Below, piece by piece: positions 34,905 to 47,713 of a stretch of DNA of 64,000 nt. The stretch's first letter is position 1. Each line of letters begins with the position of its first letter. The position numbers and the translations under genes are program-made. Origin of the DNA: Torpedo marmorata (lineage: Eukaryota); the NCBI GenBank assembly GCA_977017645.1, contig OZ360248.1, positions 19,716,001 through 19,780,000 on the forward strand, given 5' to 3'. The notes under the pieces are model-generated. The model saw nothing but the letters and a program-made list of their open reading frames with translations. It had not been told where the DNA came from and did no database searches.

Positions 34905-37239
34905 CTGAGGATCACCCCTCCACCGCTGTTCGCTAACCTTACCCCCGACTGTAAACCCGTTGCCACCAAAAGTAGGCGATACAGTGCCGGGGACAGGGCC
35001 TTTATCAGGTCGGAGGTGCAGCAGCTATTGAAGGAGGGGAACATTGAAGCCAGCACCAGCTCCTGGAGAGCCCAAGTTGTGGTGGTAAAGAATGGGGTGA
35101 AACACAGAATGGTCATTGACTACAGTCAGACCATCAATAGATATTCACAGCTGGACACGTACCCTCTCCCCCACATAGCCGACATGGTGAACTAAATCGC
35201 CCAATATCGGGTATTCTCCACCAGTGATTTAGAGTCGGCATACCACCAGCTCCCTATCCACCCGGAGGACCGCCAACACTCTGCCTTTGAGGCAGATGGC
35301 CACCTCTATCAGTTCGTGAGGGTTCCCTTTGGCGTCACCAATGGGGTCTCGGTCTTTCAGTGGGAGATGGACCGAATGGTAGACCAGTACAGGCTGCAGG
35401 CCACATTCCACATCACCATTTGCGGCCATGACCTACAGGATCATGAAGCCAATCTCCAAAAATTTCTCCAGACCGCCAAACTCCTCAACCTTACATATAA
35501 GGATAAATGCGTCTTTGGCACAACCCGCATTGCTATCCTCGGCTGCGTCATAGAGGACGGAGTCATTGGCCCCGATCCAGAACGCATGCGCCCCCTCCTG
35601 GAACTCCCCCTCCCCCACAGCCTCAAAGCTCTGAAAAGGTGCCTGGGCTTTTTCTCGTACTATGCCCAGTGGGTCCCCAATTATGCGGACAAGGCCCACC
35701 CCCTCGTCAAATCCACCTCTTTACCCCTGACGTCAGAGGCCTGTGCGGCCTTCAGCCGCATCAAGGCGGACATCGCCAAGGCCGCGATGTATGCTGTGGA
35801 CAAATCCACCCCGTTCCAGGTGGAGAGCGATGCATCCGACTTCGCCCTTGCCGCCACCCTCAACCAGGCGGGCAGACCCGTAGCTTTCTTTTCCTGCACC
35901 CTCCAAGGCCCCGAAATCAAACACTCCTCTGTCGAGAAGGAGGCCCAAGCCATTGTTGAGGCGGTATGGCACTGGAGACACTACCTCGCCGGCAAACGAT
36001 TCACCTTGCTGACTGACCAACGTTCAGTTCTTTTCATGTTCAACAACCAGCAGCGAGGTAAAATCAAAAATGACAAGATACTGAGGTGGAGAATCAAACT
36101 TTCCACCTACAATTATGATATTTTGTATCGGCCAGGAAAACTCAATGAGCCCCCAGATGCCCTATCCCGCGGAACATGTGCCAGCGCACAAAAAGAACGC
36201 TTACAAGCCCTCCACAGCGACCTCTGCCACCCCGGGGTCACCAGGTTCTTTCACTTCATCAAAGCCCACAACCTACCTTACTCCATCGAGGAGGTCAGGA
36301 CCATGTCCAGAAACTGCCAGATCTGTGCGGAGTGCAAACCGCACTTCTATCAACCAGACAGAGCGCACCTGATAAAGGCCACCCGTCCCTTTGAACGCCT
36401 GAGCATCGATTTCAAGGGACCCCTCCCCTCCTCTGACCGCAACGTGTACTTTCTCAACATCATTGATGAGTACTCACGTTTCCCGTTCGCTATCCCCTGC
36501 CCGGACATGACCACGGCCACAGTCATCAAGGCCCTGCACAATCTCTTCACTCTGTTCGGGTACCCCTGCTACATTCATAGCGACCGGGGGTCCTCTTTTA
36601 TGAGTGACGAGCTGCATCAGTACCTGCTGGCCAGAGGCATCGCCACGAGCAGGACCACCAGTTACAACCCCCGAGGGAACAGGCAGGTGGAAAGGGAGAA
36701 TGCTACAGTCTGGAAGGCCACCCTCCTAGCCCTAAGATCCAGAGGTCTTCCAGTCTCCCGCTGGCAAGATGTCCTCCCTGATGCGCTCCTCTCAATCAGA
36801 TCGCTCCTATGTACCGCCACCAATGCCACTCCACATGAGAGAATGTTTTCCTTCCCTAGGAAGTCCGCTTCAGGGACCACGCTTCCGTCCTGGCTTTCGG
36901 AGTTATTGATAGTGCATCACCTGTCCTTCCAGTTCTTATACCCACCCAGCCATCCCTCCTCCCCCTCATTGCTGCTGTCCCTTCCCTCCTTTCTCCACCT
37001 ATCATCTCCTGCCTTTGCCACCCCCCCTTCCACCCCTCCACTCTTTTGTTCGGACGCCTGCCAGCATTTTCTCATACTTTGATGAAGGGCTCAAGCCTGA
37101 AACGTGGGTTATGTATCTTTACCTTTGCTACATAAAGGACACTGTTTGACCTGCTGAGCTTCCCTGGCATTTTGTGTTTTTATTCCTCTCAAGAAGAGTT
37201 GGAAATTCACAGCACAAACTGATATTAAAATAATTCGGG

Positions 37240-37700
37240 CTCAGGATAAATTCTGGGCACCCTAGTTCAGAAAAGACGCCAAGGCCTTGGAGAGAGTATG
37301 GATTACTAGAATGATACCAATTATTTGGGACTTTAGTTATTTGGTGAGGCTGCAGTAACTACATTTGTTCTCTACAGAGGAGCAAAGGTCAAGGGGAAAT
37401 TTAAAACTGAGGGATTTTGAAAGAGTAAATAAGGGGAAACTGTTTTCACTGGCATGTAGCTTGGTAACCAGAGGACACAAATCAAAGATAATTGGCAAAA
37501 GAACCAAAGGGGAAACAAAGAAAAATATTTTTATGCAGCGAGCTTATTATGATCTGGAATGGGCTGAAATGGCAGTGGATGCAAATTCTGGAGGGAATTG
37601 GATGTACACATTGAAAAGGGAAAGAAGAAAGAACGGCAGGGCTACGAGGCACGAACAGGAAATGGTGAGACTGATTGGAGAGCTCTGTCAAAGATCTTTC
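37240..37700 (+). mobile_element. Old, diverged CR1 3' fragment
   Basis: FWAP...KD..ALER and TRGHK.KI.GKR-like remnants. Confidence 0.55.
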
Positions 37701-38669
37701 AGAGTGTCGATGTGCCGCATGACCTCTAGTAGTATCGTCCTCGAGTACGCTATCTGTCAGAATTTGAAAGACCACACCATCGGACTAGGAGCGTTCACCT
37801 GAAGGGAATGTCCTGATATGACATTGCTGCACACTGGCAGCCTGCCACAGAGGAACTGTGCAGAAAGGCCTGTGAAGTAGACATCAGACAGTCTGTGCAC
37901 TGCCCTGTGGACGTAACGGGGCACGAAATGAACAAAGAGATCGTTTTAGAAGAAGGTCAAAGCAGTGCGCAATAATACTTCTTATAGGAAGGACAAAGCT
38001 GCAATGCATTTAACATTTTCAACACAATCCACAAACATGCACAAAGGTTCATTGAACCGCTATTTGGTGTATAAATTACAGGTTCATCGGCATCACACCT
38101 TCTAATATGCACTAAAATTCATGCTGAGCAAACTGATTAATTACAAGTGGCAAGTGTTGGAAATATGAAAAAAAAGAGGAAATGTTGGGAATCCGCAATA
38201 CATAAAAAGATGAGAGTGAAAGAAGCCTGTTCATATTTCTCATTCTGGTGCCCAAATCCTATTTTCAAAGCGTTAACTTTGGGCTTGATGCAAATTAGGC
38301 ACTTGCTTGAAAATGAAAAGCTCTTTGTCCATGTTCATTGTGATGCTAAAAATCTCCGTTCGGATATTTGAAAGGAGAAATCAATGAAGGCTCGACGAGA
38401 CAGAGATCCACAATGCCGCAGACCCCGCCTCAGTAGCGAATGCCTCAAATGTAAAATTCCCACCCTGGCGTTCAAATGCTTACGTGGATTCATTGCTCGG
38501 TGACCTTCCAGCCCTATGCTTCCTTACTCCTCTGCACTTTGCCCTCTTGTTCATCCCCCCCCCCCCCCTCTCGGATAGACTCTACCCCTGGGGAGGCTCT
38601 GAGCTCTGAAATTCCATTCACCATATTCCACTTCTCTAGGAGGACCCTCTTTTAATATCCTCTTTGACC

Positions 38670-39450
38670 AAGGAGCTGATTATAGACTTCAGAAAGGGAA
38701 AACCAGAGGTGTACGATCCACTGGAGAGGCTGAGCAAATTCCTGGGAACTTAAATTCTCACTATCTCAGAGGATCTTTCCTGGAAGCAACACACTAATGC
38801 CATCTTGAAGAAAGCACGTCAGCGCCTCTACTTCCTTAGGAGTTTGCGGAGGTTTGGTATGACATCGGAAACCCTGACAAATTTCTACAGATGTGTGGTG
38901 GAAAGTGTGCTGACCGGTTGAATCACATCCTGGTATGGAGACACCAATACCCTTGAGGGTAAAGCCCTGCAAAAGGTAGTGAACACAGCCCAGGACATCA
39001 CAGCTAAAACCCTCCTCGCCATCGAGAACATCTACAGCAGTGGTTTTCAAACTTTTTCTTTCCACCACTTTAAGTAATCCCTATGCCATAGGTGCTCTGT
39101 GATTAGTAAGGGATTACTTAAATGGCAAGTGAGTGGAAAGAAAAAGTTTGAAAACCACTGATCTACAGGGAACGCTGCCGTTGGAGAGCAGCAGCAATCA
39201 TCAAGGATCCACACCACCAAGCACACACTCTGTTCTCGCTGCTACCATCAGGAAAGAGGTATAGGTGCCACAAGACTCGCACCACCAGGTTCAGGAACAG
39301 CTGCTACCCCTCCACCATCAGACAACAAACTCAATCAGGGATTATTTAAGTACTCTTGCTTTTGCATTTTATTGATTTTTTTTCTCTCTCTCTGTATTGC
39401 ACGCAGTTTGTTTACATTTCTTTATTTGTTTACATGTATACGTTGAGTCC
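38670..39450 (+). mobile_element. Rex1/Babar fragment interrupted by a hAT MITE
   Basis: Same family sequence as 13500-14050. Confidence 0.85.
39038..39160. mobile_element. hAT (Charlie-like) MITE, 123 bp, near-palindromic
   Basis: TIR CAGTGGTTTTCAAACTTTTTCTTTCCAC; perfect 8-bp target duplication ATCTACAG (39030-39037, 39161-39168). Confidence 0.92.
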
Positions 39451-39458
39451 GTTTTTTT

Positions 39459-40366
39459 CCCCACTGCTCTACTCGTTATACACCCATGACTGTGTGGCCA
39501 GGCACAATTCCAATGCCATCTACAAGTTTGCCGTTGACACCACAGTTGTCGGCAGAATCACAAACGGCAATGAGGAAGCGTACAGGAGGGAGATAGATCA
39601 GCTCGTTGAATGGTGTAATGGCAACAACCTTGAACTCAACGTCAGCAAAACCAAGGAGATGATTGTGGACTTCAGGAGGAAGTCAGGGGAACACGACCCA
39701 GTCCTCATCGAGGGCTCAGTAGTGGAGAGGGTCAAGAACTTCAAATTCCTGGGTGTCAACATCTCCGAGGATCTGTCCTGGAGCATCCACGTTGATGCAA
39801 TCACAAAGAAGGCTCGTCAGCGGCTATACTTTGTGAGATGTCTGCGGAGATTCGGTATGTCACCAAAGACTCTCGTAAACCTCTACAGAGGTACCGTGGA
39901 GAGCATTCTGGCTGGTTGCATCACTGCCTGGTATGGAGGCACCAACTCCAAGGATAAGAGTAAACTCCAGAGGGTTGTTAACTTGGCCTGTGACATCACA
40001 GGCACCAAACTTCACTCCATCGAGGACATCTACATGAGGCGGTGTCTTAAAAAAGCAGCCTCTATCCTCAAAGACCCCCACCACCCAGGCCATGCCCTCT
40101 TCACTCTGCTTCCATCGGGAAAAAGGTACAGGAGCCTAAAGACGAGCACTCAACGGCACAAGGACAGCTTCTTCCCCGCTGCCATCAGATTCCTGAATAA
40201 TCAATGAACCAAAGACACTGCCTTACTTTTCGTGCACTATTGTTTATAATTTTTTATAGTAACGTCGTTAGATGGTTAATATGAATGTTAATTGCACTAT
40301 GATGCTGCTGCAAAACACCGAATTTCATGACTTGTTCACGACAATAAATTCTGATTCTGATTCTGA
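39459..40366 (+). mobile_element. Rex1/Babar LINE 3' part with open RT C-terminus (young subfamily)
   Basis: ORF open to 40207 (SPLLYSLYTHDC...KFAVDTT...SFFPAAIRFLN); (ATTCTG)n tail. Confidence 0.9.
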
Positions 40367-40539
40367 TATCCAAGGTGCCTTTAGAAAGTTTCACCTTCAT
40401 TGTCTCATCAAACTCACAGCGACAGCATAGCTTGGATGCAGAGTAAAACTCCCTCTCCAATGTCTCATCGAAAACACTCCTAGGATATGTACAATAAGGA
40501 TTAGGTGTGGAGTACTCTCACTAGACTGTCCCAACATTT

Positions 40540-40840
40540 TGTCAGCGGCCGAAGGACCCACACAGGCCATGTGCTGTTGGCTACTTGCAGTCGACGGACT
40601 CACGCAGGCTGCGGGCTGCCTCGGGCGCTGAAGGCTTCCTGATCGTATCGGAGGTTTGGATCTGGAGCTCGGGTTGCCGATGGCTTGAACTGGAGTCTGT
40701 TCGGCTGCAGAGGCCACGGGATCGCTGGAGGCGAATCCACGGACACTCAGTTTCTCTAAAGCGACACTCTTTTGATTCTCTTTCTCCTATCAGGCAATGC
40801 TCATGGCGACTCTTTGTTTGCCTTACGGCAGACAAAAGTC
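40540..40840 (+). mobile_element. Fragment of the GC-rich non-autonomous retroelement also seen at 48.0-48.8 kb
   Basis: GGAGGTT.GGATCTGGAGCTCGGGTTGCCGATGG and TTTG..TGCCTTACGGCAGACAAA shared with ~48060-48270 (minus). Confidence 0.65.
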
Positions 40841-40874
40841 GGTATATCATCATTAGCATTACATTTTTAATATA

Positions 40875-41658
40875 CCGTATATTTCGGCGTATAAGTTGAC
40901 CCTTGAAACCCTCAAAAATGTCTCAAAAAACGGGGGTCGACTTATACGCCGGATATACTTTTGAGACCTTAAAATCAGCTCAAAATCGAGTTCACGCCGA
41001 TTCGGCGTATAAGTCGACCCCTGAAAACACGATTCGGCGTATAGGTCGACCCTGGAAGCGCCTCCCCACTGCCGGCGCCGCCGCTCCCCGACACCTCCCC
41101 ACCGCCGGGCGCCGCCATAAACCACCCAGACATTCTACAATTGTAGAGCCCGAGGTCCCCGCTCCTACCCGGGAGAACAAGCTCCCCGCTCCTGCCTGGG
41201 AGAACGAGCTCCCCGCTCCTGCCCGGGAGAACAAGCTCCCCGCTCCTGCCCGGGAGAACGAGCTCCCCGCTCCTGCCCGGGAGAACGAGCTCCCCGCTAC
41301 TGCTCAGGAGATCGAGCACCCCGCTCCTGCTCGGGAGAAAGACGTCGCCGCACCTGCATCTTCCCGGCCAGAAGCAAAGGTTTTTTTTACTGTTTTTTTT
41401 ACTTACCCGGTACTTGCTTAATTTACAGCTTTGTTACTTGGCGATTGGGATGTTGTAACAAATTTTGGGTTGTTGCTGGGAGGCCCAGACAGCCTGAAAA
41501 TTGGGGGTCGACTTATACGCCGGTCAATGCGCAACATCTCAGGCATCGCGATTTTTGGGGTCGACTTATACGCCGGATATACCATAAAACCATTAAAATG
41601 AGGCTGAAAAAGGGGGGTCGACTTATCCGCCGGTCGACTTATACGCCGAAATATACGG
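40875..41658. mobile_element. Tc2/Kanga-like TcMar MITE with internal 27-bp tandem repeat
   Basis: TIR CCGTATATTTCGGCGTATAAG with TA flanks; repeated GTCGACTTATACGCCG; about 7 copies of GCTCCCCGCTCCTGCCCGGGAGAACGA at 41150-41340. Confidence 0.85.
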
Positions 41659-41928
41659 TATTATTACGTGGCAATAAAAGGAACAACAACATTTGGCTCT
41701 GCTTTATCAAGTACATTTCCACTGAGAGACTGGCAGCACACAGAAATAACTTTTACACTATGAACTCGTGATTAATGTGAGAGGAGGTGTGAGTGGGGAA
41801 TAGCTATTGACCAATGCTTCACACAGGAATGTGTGTGTGAAATACTTTACTGCTCAAATGTTTCATGTAGTGGTAGAGCTGAGTAAATGCACAAGGAAAT
41901 TCAAACGAGTAATTCTCATGAAACGTAC

Positions 41929-42093
41929 CTGAAACCAGTATAGTGGATGAACACTCCAGCCAACATAATGAAGACACAGTAACCAAACACCTTCAGATTC
42001 CTCTTGTGCTTCTTTGTACCCTGGAAGGCGGCATCCTCTTCTGTTGGGTACCAAAACTGCTCCCAGTATCGCTGCTGCTCAGACTTGTTGAAG
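41929..42093 (-). CDS. DNAJC4: Internal coding exon of a DNAJC4-like gene (region after the J domain, including the transmembrane segment)
   Basis: Pyrimidine-rich acceptor ...CCCGCCAACAG, donor AG|GTACGT, 165 nt, phase 2-2. Peptide FNKSEQQRYWEQF...KKHKRNLKVFGYCVFIMLAGVFIHYTGFR resembles recalled human DNAJC4 (QYWSQF...QHKQNKQVLGYCLLLMLAGMGLHYIAFR). Confidence 0.8.
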
Positions 42094-42269
42094 CTGTTGG
42101 CGGGGTGGGGAAGAGGAAGGGTGGGAAAAATATAATTCAAAAATATTAAACTCAATAAATGCTTTTCCATTAGATTTACTGTCTCTGAAATTCAGTGCTG
42201 TTTTCACAAAGATGCAATTTTTGAACGAGTTCTCTGCTTTTCGCTTTGGTTTAACTGCAGGTCTTGTAC

Positions 42270-42968
42270 TTAAACGGTAGAACAGAGAGATCTGGGAATA
42301 CAGATACATAATTCCCCGAAAGTGGCGTCACAGGTGGATAGGGTTGTAAAGAGAGCTTTTGGCATATTGGCCTTCATAAATCAAAGTATTGAGTATAGGA
42401 GTTGGGATGTTATGGTAGACTTGTGTAAGACATCGGTGAGGCCAAATATTGAGTATTGTGTGCAGTTTTGGTCACCTAACTACAGGAAAGATATCAATAA
42501 GATTGAAAGAGTGCAGAGAAGATTTACTAGGATGTTGCCCGGACTTCAGGAACTGAGTTACAGGGAAAGGTTAAACAGGTGAGGACTTTATTCCCTGGAG
42601 CGTGGAAGAATGAGGGGAGATTTGAGAGAGGTATTTAAAATTATGAGGGGTATAGACAGAGTAAATGTAGGTAGGCTTTTCCCACTGAGGGTAGGTGAGA
42701 TACAAACCAGAGGACATGGGGAAAAGTTCAGGGAGAACATTAGGGGGAACCTTTTCACACAGAGAGTGGCGGGAGTGTGGAACAAGCTGAAGTGGTGAAT
42801 GCGGGCTCAATTTTAACATTTAATAAGAATTTGGACAGGTACATGGATGGGAGAGGTATGGAGGGATATGGACTGGGTGCAGGTAAGTGGGACTAGGCAG
42901 AGTAATAGTTCGGCACAGACTAGAAGGGCCGAAAAGGCCTGTTTCTGTGCTGTAATGTTCTATGGTTC
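42270..42968 (+). mobile_element. CR1 LINE 3' fragment
   Basis: ASQVDRVVKRAFGILAFI...RPNIEYCVQFWSP; TTCTATGGTTCT tail. Confidence 0.9.
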
Positions 42969-43449
42969 TTTATTGCTTCAGCCTGTTTTGCAAGTCTGCC
43001 TGGGAGAATGCATGTGTATAATACCTCGTCTGTGCAAACTCTTGCACAAGAAAGCTCAGTAAGACCATTCCCACTTTACCTGTGTTGGACATTTCTCTCC
43101 CTTCTCTTGAAGTTACACACTATCCCTACTTCTATTTATTGGATATTGGTCTCACAGTACTCTTTTTTTGTGGGTAAACACACAATTACAATGCAGGTTA
43201 CAAATTACAGGAGGCACTTTCCTCGAAATTGGGTCAATGCCTCTAATAGTGCTCTAAACTGCTAAACTCTAACATCAATTCAGGTCCTCTACAATAAATC
43301 ATGAAGTCTGGAACAGTGTTGTGGTGTATTATACCTCGAAAGATGTGTTAAATTTGGCCTGTGTACCTCCTGTCAAGGCCAGGCTAGGCAGAATGTAGTT
43401 TCTGACACAATAAAGGCACATCCCCATAGGAACCAGACAGCAGCAGCGA

Positions 43450-44450
43450 CACATTGCCTGACACGGAGGAGACAAAGGCTTCAGGGCAGAGGGAGCAAGT
43501 TCCCAGATTCACTCAAACGGACCTGGAAGTTCCAGTCAAAGAAACAACATGCCAGAGGAGAGGTCCTGTGTGCTCAGGGAACCAGAAGTCCACCATTAGA
43601 AGAGTGCAGAGTCTTGACCCAAAACATCAACAATTCTTCCCCTCCGCAGATGCTGCTCTACCTGCTGAGTTCCTCAAGCAGTTTGTTTTATTTTTACCCC
43701 TCCCCTCCATTAGAAGAACCTGTCAGGAGGAAGCATAATTTGTCACTTATTGGTGCGAGAATCCCCACTCAACAGATTTTATGTCCTCATAAGGAATGTC
43801 AAGGGCGAGTTGCAGAAAGAGGTATAGGTGACACAAGACTCGCACCAGCAGGTTCAGGAACAGCTGCTACCCCTCCACAACAAACTCAATCAGGGACTCA
43901 TTTAAGGGCTCTTACTTGTGCACTTTATTGATTTTTTCTCTCTCTGTATTGCACAGTTTGTTTACATGTGTACGTTGAGTACAGTTTTTTTTGCAATACC
44001 AATAAGTGCTAATTCTGCCTGGCCCGCAGGAAAAAGAATCTCAGGGTTGTATGTGATGTCATGTATGGACTCTGACAATAAATCTGAAAATCTGAGATGA
44101 CTGAAAATAATTGTAGGCAAGCAATTTAGTAATTGGATTAGGGATTCATTCATTGATGTTGAAGTCTGTGTACGGTGGGAGTGGTAAGTTTTCCTGCTTA
44201 TATACGCGTCCAGCTTATTAAAGGGAGACCTAATGGCACCAGGGAAATAATCAACGACTGGGTACACTATTGAGAAGCATGACAGAGAACCATTGAGCCA
44301 CTTGGAGTAAACCCATGGTAAGGAGGTTCAAATGAAACACGAGTAGAACCTTCATGGAGAGAGCAGTCTAGACGTGTCGCACAACCAAAGGTCTTCCCTC
44401 AGCACTTCACATGCCTCAGTGACGACAGCCTTGGAAAACCCCAGGTGAAG
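43450..44450. mobile_element. Possible highly decayed PIF/Harbinger element (Myb/SANT remnant on +, transposase remnant on -), interrupted by a Rex tail at 43815-44095
   Basis: + PRFTQTDLEVPVKE (like PRFS..ELEVLV.E); - FSKAVVTEACEVLREDL and AIRSP...DAYISRKTYHS (like IAIRAP...YVNRKGYHS). Confidence 0.4.
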
Positions 44451-45481
44451 ATGGGGGCTATTGAGGTAGATAGGTGAAGCAGCAGGGATGCATTGCAATG
44501 GAGGGTTAATGAGAATTTATCTGGGATAAAGGGACACAGGCGTTGGATCAGATGAAATTTGCCTTCAGTGACCCTCTGTTGGACAGGTCACCCATAGGTT
44601 GCTCCTCCAATGAGTCAATGCTGAAGCTCGTGACAAGGAGATGACATGCTCCAGATCCTACACTATTGACACAACATTGTGCGCAGAAGCTTTTGACCTC
44701 GGGTGTGAAAAGACTTGACACCGAGTAGAAAAGGTGCCATCAACTGAAGGATCCCGTTCTGCGCAGCAAGAGGCATGCCGAGGAACAAAAAGAAAAACTT
44801 TATTTCAAACACACGTCCATTCCATTCCAGCTCAGGGAAAATATTTACAGCGCACTAATCCTTGTCACCCCAGACCAGATGTTGCTTTCTCTTTTTATAA
44901 AAAAAAATGTGATTGGACTGCTCCGTTAATGGATGGAAGCTGTCAGTTTAGTGGGTGATGCGATGCAGGCAAATTGACAAGATGGGAACAATAAATATGA
45001 GTGGAAATAAAAAGGGATGAAAAGGTGATTATTATTTTTTTCCAAAACTTACTAGGATTAGAATACATGGGTTCTGCTTCACTGGCAGAAAGCGGGGTTT
45101 TCGAGCCTGGGCAGCTTCATTTTGTTCACTTTACACACAAGGTGTGGATTAAGAGGTACGTCAAGCGTGGATCCGAGTTCTTTTGATTGTGAAAGAGACA
45201 AAGTGAAGCGGCTCACACATGCTGCCATTACTCTCTTTATGTGCCACTCAGCACTTGAGAAACAACAGTACATTCCAAACCAAGAACCAAAGAAGGCTTT
45301 CAATTTTAAGTGTTGGACTTTATGTGAGCCTGACGATTTCAGCTCACAGCAATTCATGCGGTGCTGGTTGAACACCTCAAAGAAAGTGGAGAACATCTTA
45401 GCAATGTTCAGAAAGATCGTGTTGAAATTGTGCGTTTAACGAAAGGACTTTAGATGGAAGCGTGGAATTAATAGATAAATA

Positions 45482-47431
45482 CAGCTATTCCCTGACATAC
45501 GTCCGAGTTCCGTTCTGACCGACCAGTCGTATCTCGAAATAGACGTAAGTCGGAAATATGTTAGCATGACATGTAGTCCCCACGCTATTGGTCCCCACAC
45601 TGATCTCACTACCCCGCACTCTCCCGTCAGCCCACTATCAGTCCCCACACAGATCCCACTGCCCCGCGCTCTCCCGACAGCCCGCTATCAGTCCCCACAC
45701 TGATCCCACTGCCCCGCGCTCTCCCGACAGCCCGCTATCAGTCCCCACACTGATCCCACTACCCCGCGCTCTCCCGACAGCCTATCAGTCCCCACAGTGA
45801 TCCCATTGCCCCGCGCTCTCCCGACAGCCCGCTATCAGTCTCCACACTGATCCCACTGCCCCGCGCTCTCCCGACAGCCCGCTATCAGTCCCCACACTGA
45901 TCCCACTGCTCCGCGCTCTCCCGACAGCCTGCTCTCAGTCCCCACGCTGATCCCACTACCCCGCGCTCTCCCGACAGCCCGCTATCAGTCCCCACACTGA
46001 TCCCACTGCCCCGCGCTCTCCCGACAGCCCGCTCTCAGTCCCCACACTGATCCCACTGCCCCGCGCTCTCCCGACAGCCCGCTCTCAGTCCCCACTCTGA
46101 TCCCACTGCTCCGCGCTCTCCCGACAGCCCGCTCTCAGTCCCCACACTGATCACACTGCCCCGCGCTCTCCCGACAGCCTGCTCTCAGTCCCCACACTGA
46201 TCCCACTACCCCGCGCTCTCCCGACAGCCCGCTCTCAGTTCCCACACTGATCCCACTGCCCCGCGCTCTCCCGACAGCCCGCTATCAGTCCCCACACTGA
46301 TCCCACTACCCCGCGCTCTCCCGACAGCCCGCTCTCAGTCCCCACACTGATCCCACTACCCCGCGCTCTCCCGACAGCCCGCTCTCAGTCCCCACACTGA
46401 TCCCACTGCCCCGCGCTCTCCCGACAGCCCGCTCTCAGTCCCCACACTGATCCCACTGCCCCGCGCTCTCCCGACAGCCCGCTCTCAGTCCCCACACTGA
46501 TCCCACTGCCCCGCGCTCTCCCGACAGCCCGCTCTCAGTCCCCACACTGATCCCACTGCCCCGCGCTCTCCCGACAGCCTGCTATCAGTCCCCACACCGA
46601 TCCCACTGCCCCGCGCTCTCCCGACAGCCCGCTCTCAGTCCCCACACTGATCCCACTGCCCCGTGCTCTCCCGACAGCCCGCTCTCAGTCCCCACACTGA
46701 TCCCACTGCCCCGCGCTCTCCCGACAGCCCGCTCTCAGTCCCCACACTGATCCCACTGCCCCGCGCTCTCCCGACAGCCCGCTCTCAGTCCCCACACTGA
46801 TCCCACTGCCCCGCGCTCTCCCGACAGCCTGCTATCAGTCCCCACACCGATCCCACTGCCCCGCGCTCTCCCGACAGCCCGCTCTCAGTCCCCACACTGA
46901 TCCCACTGCCCCGCGCTCTCCCGACAGCCTGCTATCAGTCCCCACACCGATCCCACTGCCCCGCGCTCTCCCGACAGCCCGCTCTCAGTCCCCACACTGA
47001 TCCCACTGCCCCGTGCTCTCCCGACAGCCCGCTCTCAGTCCCCACACCGATCCCACTGCCCCGCGCTCTCCCGACAGCCCGCTCTCAGTCCCCACACTGA
47101 TCCCACTGCCCCGCGCTCTCCCGACAGCCCGCTATCAGTCCCCACACTGATCCCACTGCCCCGCACTCTCCTGACAGCCCGCTGTACCTGTACAGCATTC
47201 TTTAATCCTGAGAACTGAGAGAGATGCGATGATGTACACAATGCCGGGATATCGTCTGATGGTCACTATCATATGCACGCAGCCGTTAGCACTGGTGGAC
47301 GTACGATCAAGAGTGATTTTTATATTTACATATATTTTTTCTTTATTTTTTAAAATTTATACAGTATTTTTTTTTCGGTCGTATGTACGGATGGTCGTAA
47401 GTCGCATAGGTTGTAAGTCGGGGAGAGGCTG
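45482..47431. mobile_element. Tigger/pogo-like MITE holding a 50-bp minisatellite
   Basis: TA|CAGCTATTCCCTGACATACG...GTAAGTCGGGGAGAGGCTG|TA imperfect TIRs; subterminal CGTAAGTCG motifs. Confidence 0.7.
45580..47181. repeat. 50-bp minisatellite, about 32 copies
   Basis: Unit CAGTCCCCACACTGATCCCACTGCCCCGCGCTCTCCCGACAGCCCGCT(C/A)T. Confidence 0.97.
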
Positions 47432-47713
47432 TACAGACACCAAAACAAAGGTGGGCAAATTCTGTTAATGGAGGTCTTTATGAAACTGGGAGTTGGAGAG
47501 GTTTAGGGTGGGTCTCAATGGATGAAGGTATCCACAAAGCTGAAGGAATACTGGCCTTCGACGCTGAAATATAGGATGTGATGACTGTGGAGAAAGTGTA
47601 GAGGAGATTTACCAGGGTGTTGCTTGGGAATGGAGTATTCTAGTTATGAGGAGAGACTGGAGAGGCTTCTTCTGTTTTTCTTGGAGGTTAAGAGGGGATA
47701 TAACTGAGGTATA

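Larger units (their letters stand above)
27237..36919 (+). mobile_element. Ty3/Gypsy LTR retrotransposon (possibly Mag-like); 5' LTR 27237-27460, 3' LTR deleted except the last ~26 bp; interrupted by a BEL element
   Basis: CCTGT target duplication (27232-27236, 36920-36924). Gag knuckles CYFCG..KH.RK.C and CSSCGKKGHY.KVC, protease LFNSGS, RT VPFGVTNG, RNaseH VESDASD/LTDQR/PDALSR, integrase HPG..C..C/SIDFKGPLP/HSDRG. Confidence 0.92.
25210..37181 (+). mobile_element. Penelope-like element (RT + GIY-YIG) with inverted 5' pseudo-LTR, split by nested LTR elements; body 25405-27236, tail 36920-37181
   Basis: RFYLLPKIHK...PGRPIVS, MDVQSLYTSIP, AMGTRMGPSYA.LF, YIDD, LPFLDL, IYCIRC..CG.LYIGET...LGDRFAEH. 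25210-25407 is the reverse complement of ~37013-37181. Confidence 0.9.

Noticed and set aside
40903-41421. 172-aa ORF with PAPARENEL repeats
   Set aside because: Product of the 27-bp tandem repeat within a MITE.
45580-47181. Regular array superficially like CRISPR
   Set aside because: No unique spacers, no cas genes, eukaryotic context; a plain minisatellite.
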